DNA from: Delftia acidovorans NBRC 14950
GTDB lineage: Bacteria; Pseudomonadota; Gammaproteobacteria; Burkholderiales; Burkholderiaceae_C
Direction of reading: 5' to 3'
Assembly: GCF_001598795.1 (NCBI RefSeq)
Contig: NZ_BCZP01000012.1
Coordinates: 1-32,000, forward strand
DNA length: 32,000 bases
A model generated the notes under the pieces. That model did no database searches and was not told the DNA's origin. It saw only the letters and a program-made list of their open reading frames with translations. The position numbers and the translations under genes were made by a program. Below are positions 14,175 to 19,146 of this stretch, in pieces (the stretch's first letter is position 1; each line of letters begins with the position of its first letter).

Positions 14175-14428
14175 TGCGCGCCATCCTGCTGCTGGGCGCG
14201 CTGGTCCTGGCCGGCTGCGGCTCCGTGCCAAGGGTCGAAGTCCAGACAGTCAAGGTGCCCGTGCCCGTGGAGTGCCGCGAACCGATCCCCGACCGGCCCA
14301 GCATGCCCACGGAAGCCCTGGCAGACGACGCCGACCCCTTCGAGTTGCTGCGCGCTGCGCTGGCCGAGATCGACCGCCGCGAGGGCTACGAGGTGCGGCT
14401 GCTGGCCGCGCTTATAGCCTGCATGTGA
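14171..14428 (+). CDS. o-spanin (Rz1-like outer-membrane lipoprotein), 85 aa
   Basis: Signal peptide with lipobox VLAGC (Cys16) and a Pro-rich mature part (VKVPVPVECREPIPDRPSMP). Separated (non-embedded) spanin architecture. Confidence 0.8.
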   Translation: MMRAILLLGALVLAGCGSVPRVEVQTVKVPVPVECREPIPDRPSMPTEALADDADPFELLRAALAEIDRREGYEVRLLAALIACM

Positions 14429-14520
14429 CCCCTGATGACGCGTGTAGTTTCAAAGCAGAAGTCAGACCAGTAAATGAACTGACGACTTCAGAGAATCTGA
14501 CTTGCAACGGCTCTCTTAAT

Positions 14521-15630
14521 TTATTTGGCTTTGCGTCGGAGTAACAGCGACAAAAAGGCGATTATCGAAGATAAGGCGAATAGTCCAAGTTCACCAATAG
14601 TTGGTACTGCAGTGATTGTTGGTTTAGGAGGAGCTATGTTTGTAAGGGATACATTGCCAGTCGCTGTTCCGCCTCGGCCATCAGAAATTTCATACTGAAA
14701 TGAGATAGGATCTGTGGCATTGCCAGAGGGGGAGAAGGTGATTTCTCCTACTGCCGAGACTCCGATGCTTCCGCCTGTTATCAAAATGTTTGATGGAGTA
14801 CCGCGAGTAATTGGATTTCCATTAATACTGATGATCTGCAAAGTATCCGAATCTGCGTCAGTATCGTTCGCCAAAATATTTAGTATGGTGGGCGAGTTAG
14901 GTATAGAGTATTTGTCCGGATTGGCGATCGGCGGATTGTTCTGGATTTTTGGATTGGTGTAAGTCTGGAAATTATAGAAACCGACAACTTCACCCACTGA
15001 ATCAAGGCCCATCCAACGAATCTCTTTTATGAAGAGACCAGCCGCAATATCAGAAGGAGACAAAGTCACTCCGAATTTCTGAGGTGGGGCATCAAACACG
15101 TTCGTGGAGTCAGAAACTATTGTGCTCGTGCCGTCACTCGCAAAAATTTGGAGATTCGATCTCTCAAATACGTCGTTCCAATCGACAAAATCGAAGCTGA
15201 AAGCAGCAATCGCTGAGTTGGCTAGCTTGAAGGAGATGCCGTTATCTGAATTCACGGCGGCATATATTCCGGGAACTGCTGGTGCTCCGGAGTTCCAAAA
15301 TAGACATTCTTCGGAAAAATTCGATGCACCCGACCCTGAGTTTAAGGTTTGGCAATATTTCGAAGGAGACCAAGGAGTGCCTGTATTGGGTCCGTAAGCC
15401 TCTACGGTAAAACCATTCCATTTATCCGGATTTCCCGCACTTCCTATCGGCTTCAGGTTGACAGAGGAACTGAAATCTTCATGAGTGGCAATTGTTCCAG
15501 AACCAATCGCAGACAAAAATCCGGGTTGATCGTCGATGAAGGTTGAAAACGTGGCCGCATGGCTACCCGCGATCCAAGAAAACATCACAAAGACGGCCGT
15601 GTTCCGTAGTGAAGATATTTCAAAACGCAT
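14521..15630 (-). CDS. Secreted cadherin-like-repeat protein with an IPTL-CTERM-type C-terminal sorting signal (369 aa)
   Basis: Signal peptide (MRFEISSLRNTAVFVMFSWIAGSHA/ATF). NILANDTDADSDTLQIISING is a cadherin-like/VCBS-type motif. The C-terminus VPTIGELGLFALSSIIAFLSLLLRRKAK has an IPTL-like motif, a TM helix and a basic cluster, matching my recollection of the IPTL-CTERM domain. Confidence 0.75.
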   Translation of the reverse strand: MRFEISSLRNTAVFVMFSWIAGSHAATFSTFIDDQPGFLSAIGSGTIATHEDFSSSVNLKPIGSAGNPDKWNGFTVEAYGPNTGTPWSPSKYCQTLNSGSGASNFSEECLFWNSGAPAVPGIYAAVNSDNGISFKLANSAIAAFSFDFVDWNDVFERSNLQIFASDGTSTIVSDSTNVFDAPPQKFGVTLSPSDIAAGLFIKEIRWMGLDSVGEVVGFYNFQTYTNPKIQNNPPIANPDKYSIPNSPTILNILANDTDADSDTLQIISINGNPITRGTPSNILITGGSIGVSAVGEITFSPSGNATDPISFQYEISDGRGGTATGNVSLTNIAPPKPTITAVPTIGELGLFALSSIIAFLSLLLRRKAK

Positions 15631-16058
15631 ATCAATCTTTCATAGATGGAATTTATGGAGGGACGGAGCTTGCCGGAAAATTATCTTCTTCTCAATAAGG
15701 GTAATTGTTAAATTTTGTTAAGCAGATTTCGGAGTGGCCTATCCCTTTTTCACTACTAGTTATCGATAAGTGAGAGGCCATAAGCAGGCTCGAACAATTC
15801 AGGAACGGTCAGTGAAAAAGCGTCGTGGTACGTGATATTAAGGGTTAATACCTATATTCAAATTCCTTGTAATTGTTGTGGTAAATAGATGCAACATGGA
15901 TTTTTGTGTTAAATGCAGGTGAATGTGAGGTGACAGCTCTTGCAGTGCCGAAGTCGGATCTGCAACGCAGGATGACTTTTTAAAAAAATGTTAATTCTTG
16001 GCATGAAGTGTTACTTGTCGATAGCCGTAGGGCATGATGAGAATGACCTATCGATAAC

Positions 16059-16088
16059 GCAAAATTGAGCATTTTGCTTAAGCAAAAC
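16059..16088. repeat. Three-arm inverted-repeat element GCAAAAT-TGAGC-ATTTTGC-TTAA-GCAAAAC upstream of the SRAP-like gene
   Basis: Arms at 16059-16065, 16071-16077 and 16082-16088. The last two form the perfect 16-nt palindrome TTTTGCTTAAGCAAAA (16072-16087). Lies about 95-120 nt upstream of ATG 16182. Confidence 0.6.
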
Positions 16089-16181
16089 AGGATGGGTTTG
16101 GTTCGAAGCGGATGCTTGTTTAGTAAGCTTGCGAATTCCGCTCTGTGAAAATCCTGAATAGCGATTCAAGAGGCTCTCGGC

Positions 16182-16880
16182 ATGGGTAATAGATATAGCT
16201 CTCCCGATATTTCTGATATTGACGAAATCTATCCGCTGCAAGGACCTGCTCCTAAAAAGGGGTGGGGTGTATATATAGTGCCATTGGCATGCGGTCCATA
16301 TATTAAAGCATGTGAATGCTTAGAAGTTGGGCAATGGGGGTTGATTCCAACGACGTCGCTAAGCAGGCGTCCTTTAAATTTGGATGGTTCCCCTATGTCA
16401 ACGGAAAAAGCGTTCAGAGAAACGTTGAGCAATGATTACGTCTTTGGCCCGTCTTGGCATGCAGGCCGAAGGTGTCTTATCCCAGTGAGCAGCTGGATCG
16501 AGAATTACTCTGGTTTATCTGGTCGCAGTATTAATTGGATGTTCCGGCGTTCCGATGGAAAGCCTGCAATGTTGGCAGGGCTGTATAGTGAATGGATCGA
16601 TCCGGTGAGCGGAGAGAAGGTGCCGAACTACACGGTGATCACACAAGATGCCGGAGCGCATCCAGTTCTCTCTCTCATGCACAGGCCTGGCAGAGAAAAG
16701 AGGTGTGTGGTAGTCCTGGAGCGCCAAGACTGGGATGCTTGGCTGCATTGCGCTCCGTCCCAAGCAGATTCATTGATTAAGTTGCCCATGATGGGGACGT
16801 TGAAGAGCGGGGCAGAAAACCCAGACGAAGAAGCTCTGTTGCCTCTTGAGCAGTTGCGCGCATTAAAGGCAGGTGGTTAA
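16182..16880 (+). CDS. SRAP (SOS-response-associated peptidase, YedK/HMCES) fold protein lacking the catalytic Cys2 (232 aa)
   Basis: Block-by-block similarity to E. coli YedK as I recall it: MCGRF/MGNRY; FWGYAPGW/QWGLIPTT; RAICFADGWFEW/RRCLIPVSSWIEN; PFFIYRADGQPIFMAAI/NWMFRRSDGKPAMLAGL; LIVTAAA...IHDRRPLVL/TVITQDA...MHRPGREKRCVVVL. AAGAGG RBS. An in-frame TGA 27 nt upstream excludes a longer N-terminus. Confidence 0.75.
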   Translation: MGNRYSSPDISDIDEIYPLQGPAPKKGWGVYIVPLACGPYIKACECLEVGQWGLIPTTSLSRRPLNLDGSPMSTEKAFRETLSNDYVFGPSWHAGRRCLIPVSSWIENYSGLSGRSINWMFRRSDGKPAMLAGLYSEWIDPVSGEKVPNYTVITQDAGAHPVLSLMHRPGREKRCVVVLERQDWDAWLHCAPSQADSLIKLPMMGTLKSGAENPDEEALLPLEQLRALKAGG

Positions 16881-16984
16881 TTTGGTGCTTGCTATCCAAT
16901 CGCGTGGCAATTTATCAAGTTTTTTTCTCGTGCAGAAATCAGCTATAAATTGGGCTTGGTAATCTTGTTAAAAACGGTGAGAGC

Positions 16985-17173
16985 ATGGAATTAAATATTT
17001 ATGAGATTCTGCTATTCATTGCATTGCAATTAATTTGCTTCTCGTTTTTTATGATAATATTTTGGACGTATTGTATTGTTGTGAAATCAAAAATAAGAGA
17101 ATCTTTTAATATCTTGGCTTTTATTTTTGGAGTTTTGGTATCTTTCGTCGCTGCAGATTTTCTCACGCCGTAG
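16985..17173 (+). CDS. Possible 62-aa two-TMD hydrophobic protein
   Basis: ATG 16985 with GGTGAGAG upstream. Two hydrophobic stretches (ILLFIALQLICFSFFMIIFWTYCIVV and ILAFIFGVLVSFVAADFL) separated by KSKIRESF. Extremely AT-rich, so a chance ORF is less likely but not excluded. Confidence 0.35.
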   Translation: MELNIYEILLFIALQLICFSFFMIIFWTYCIVVKSKIRESFNILAFIFGVLVSFVAADFLTP

Positions 17174-17287
17174 CAGATTTTTATTGGAATTGCCGTACCG
17201 CATCTTGTCAAGATTTGCTGCGCATATTTTTTGTTAAAAGACTGAGTGGGAAGATAAAGATCACTCCGCGTCCGGTATCAGGAGCTT

Positions 17288-17578
17288 ATGCAAGGCCGTC
17301 AAGCCATAATCTACACGCTGCACATAGATATGCAGGTTTCTGGTTGCTATACGGACCGGATCTTGCATGGGAATGTCGAGCTCTTCGAGTTCCAGGCGGC
17401 CACGCTCTCCGGTGCAATCCGAGATGGTTGTTCCGTTGGCAACTTGCTGCGACTAGAGGGATTCCACATCTGGTACGGCCATGTGTCCATCGGCACCACG
17501 TCGCTCTATGCCATGCGCCACGACGCCGAGACGCTGGCGCAGCGGCTAGTGAGCCTGCATTCGCAGTTCGGCGGGTAG
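17288..17578 (+). CDS. Hypothetical protein (96 aa)
   Basis: ATG 17288 preceded by AGGAG (17278-17282). The alternative frames and strand give Arg-rich junk. No family recognised. GC is intermediate, and it lies between the island and the tRNA. Confidence 0.4.
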   Translation: MQGRQAIIYTLHIDMQVSGCYTDRILHGNVELFEFQAATLSGAIRDGCSVGNLLRLEGFHIWYGHVSIGTTSLYAMRHDAETLAQRLVSLHSQFGG

Positions 17579-17763
17579 GGGGAGCGCAGCCCGAACTGTC
17601 TTGGTCGGATCTGAAATCCGAGCAAGTTGAAGGCACTTGGTGTGCTGGTGAGGGTACGGAGAGGCCTGAGGAAGAAGCGCCGCTGCGGGCGAGCCAGCTG
17701 CAAGCGCCATCGGCTGAACAGGGGGCTTGAGCTGCCGAGGCTCAGGTATGCTTTGGCAGCTGC

Positions 17764-17790
17764 AAAACAAAAAGGGAAATTGAGTTTCCC
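17764..17790 (-). terminator. Rho-independent terminator downstream of tRNA-Thr
   Basis: The minus strand reads GGGAAA-CTCAA-TTTCCC followed by TTTTTGTTTT. It lies about 50 nt 3' of the tRNA. Confidence 0.7.
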
Positions 17791-17838
17791 CAATTTCCCC
17801 CCAGAATCCTTGCGGAACCCGCATGGATGCTATGTTTT

Positions 17839-17914
17839 TGGTGCCGGAGAAAGGAATCGAACCCTCGACCTTCTCATTACGAATGAGCTGCTCTACCAAC
17901 TGAGCTACACCGGC
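17839..17914 (-). tRNA. tRNA-Thr (anticodon CGU), 76 nt with encoded CCA
   Basis: Minus strand: GCCGGTG TA GCTC AGTTGGTA GAGC A GCTCA TTCGTAA TGAGA AGGTC GAGGG TTCGATT CCTTT CTCCGGC ACCA. It folds by hand into a cloverleaf with anticodon CGT. One U6-U67 acceptor mismatch and two G-U pairs in the T stem. Confidence 0.9.
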
Positions 17915-17940
17915 GACAGACAAAAATTATAACGGCAAAT

Positions 17941-18948
17941 TCATGCCTCGGAATGGTACTGCGTCACTTTTTCGACTTCGTTCTTGGAGCCGAGGATGAC
18001 GCTCACACGTTCGTGCAGTTGGGTGGGCTGGATGTCGAGGATGCGTTGCTTGCCGTTGGTGGCGGCGCCGCCGGCCTGCTCTATGAGCCAGGACATGGGG
18101 TTGGCTTCGTACATCAGGCGCAGCTTGCCGGGCTTGTTGGGCTCGCGGCGGTCCCAGGGGTACATGAAGATGCCGCCGCGGGTCATGATGCGGTGCACGT
18201 CGGCCACCATGGAGGCGATCCAGCGCATGTTGAAGTCCTTGCCGCGCGGGCCTTCCACGCCGGCCAGGCATTCGTCCACGTAGCGCTTGACGGGGGTGTC
18301 CCAGTGGCGCATGTTGGACATGTTGATGGCGAATTCCTTGGTGTCTTCGGGGATGCGGATGTTTTCCTGCACCAGCACGAAGGAGCCTTGCTCGCGGTCC
18401 AGCGTGAACATGGATACGCCGTCGCCCACGGTCAGCACGAGGGTGGTCTGCGGGCCGTAGATGCAGTAGCCGGCCGCGACCTGCTGGGTGCCGGGCTGCA
18501 TGAAGTCCTGCTCGGTCACGCCGGGGTGGCCTTCGGGCTTCTTGAGCACGCTGAAGATGGTGCCGATGGAGACGTTGACGTCGATGTTGGACGAGCCGTC
18601 CAGCGGATCGAACATCAGCAGGTATTCGCCGTGCGGGTAGCGGTTGGGCACCAGGTAGATGCCTTCCATTTCCTCGGAGGCCATGGCTGCCAGGTGGCCG
18701 CCCCATTCGTTGGCCTCGATCAGCACCTCGTTGGCGATGATGTCCAGCTTCTTCTGGACTTCGCCCTGCACGTTCTCGCTGCCGGCCGTGCCCAGCACGT
18801 CGCCGATGGCACCCTTGTTGACGGATTGGCTGATGCGCTTGCAGGCGCGTGCCACGACTTCCAGCAGCAGGCGCAGCTGGCCGGGGATGAGGCCGTCCAC
18901 GCGTTGCTGCTCGACCAGGTAGCGGGTCAGGCTGACGTTTTTCTTCAT
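17941..18948 (-). CDS. fbp: Fructose-1,6-bisphosphatase class 1
   Basis: 335 aa from ATG 18948 (AGGAG 8 nt upstream); the track ORF has a 22-aa upstream extension. Sequence [16 protein letters not shown]...[21 protein letters not shown]...[19 protein letters not shown] is classic class I FBPase. Confidence 0.95.
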   Translation of the reverse strand: MKKNVSLTRYLVEQQRVDGLIPGQLRLLLEVVARACKRISQSVNKGAIGDVLGTAGSENVQGEVQKKLDIIANEVLIEANEWGGHLAAMASEEMEGIYLVPNRYPHGEYLLMFDPLDGSSNIDVNVSIGTIFSVLKKPEGHPGVTEQDFMQPGTQQVAAGYCIYGPQTTLVLTVGDGVSMFTLDREQGSFVLVQENIRIPEDTKEFAINMSNMRHWDTPVKRYVDECLAGVEGPRGKDFNMRWIASMVADVHRIMTRGGIFMYPWDRREPNKPGKLRLMYEANPMSWLIEQAGGAATNGKQRILDIQPTQLHERVSVILGSKNEVEKVTQYHSEA

Positions 18949-19146
18949 GGGTTCAACTCCTAAAAATCCGGGAGCAGATGCGGTGTGGAGTATGCATCTG
19001 CTGATGAACAGCATTTCAGTGATTCCTGGCTCGCAGCATGAAACCGGCGTTGTTCAGGCCAGGGACACCGAGGAAGAGCCGCCTCGCACCGAGGGTGTCG
19101 TCCCCCTGCAAGGGGGAAGGCGCGAAGCGACTCAGGGGGTGGCTCG

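Larger units (their letters stand above)
1..14428 (+). mobile_element. Prophage late region (siphovirus neck/tail genes plus lysis cassette); left end lies outside the window
   Basis: Unbroken same-strand run of phage-type genes in canonical order: adaptor, gp10-like, DUF3168-like, major tail, G/GT chaperones, tape measure, fibre, holin, endolysin, spanins. Many ATGA/TGATG start-stop overlaps (201, 1646, 9095, 10024, 11250, 12933, 13229, 13702, 13806, 14171). Confidence 0.85.
14429..17215. other. Low-GC cargo island between the prophage lysis cassette and tRNA-Thr
   Basis: Abrupt composition change. Hand counts give 42% GC for line 14581-14640 and 25% for 17041-17100, against about 65% on both sides. 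Gene orientation changes and intergenic regions are long and AT-rich. Confidence 0.8.

Noticed and set aside
16120-16181. Looked for a LexA (SOS) box upstream of the SRAP-like gene (CTGT-N8-ACAG type)
   Set aside because: Only a half match is present (CTGTGAAAATCCTGAA, lacking the ACAG arm). There is no evidence for SOS control from sequence alone.
16011-16241. 76-aa minus-strand ORF spanning the SRAP-like start and the upstream palindromes
   Set aside because: It overlaps the RBS and start of a better-supported gene, has no RBS or recognisable features, and lies in AT-rich regulatory-looking DNA.
17597-17620. Hairpin TCGGAT-CTGAA-ATCCGA, considered as a tRNA fragment or att remnant
   Set aside because: A 6-bp stem with a 5-nt loop does not fit an anticodon arm. 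The flanking sequence has no D- or T-arm similarity and no similarity to the tRNA-Thr 3' end.
14429-17838. Searched for an integrase/recombinase or transposase gene next to the tRNA or in the island
   Set aside because: No ORF in any frame shows recombinase-like motifs, so the integration machinery must lie outside this window or has been lost.
19101-19117. Hairpin TCCCCCT-GCA-AGGGGGA about 30 nt downstream of the pepN stop
   Set aside because: There is no U-tract on the transcribed strand and the loop is only 3 nt. It may still be a structure but cannot be supported as an intrinsic terminator.
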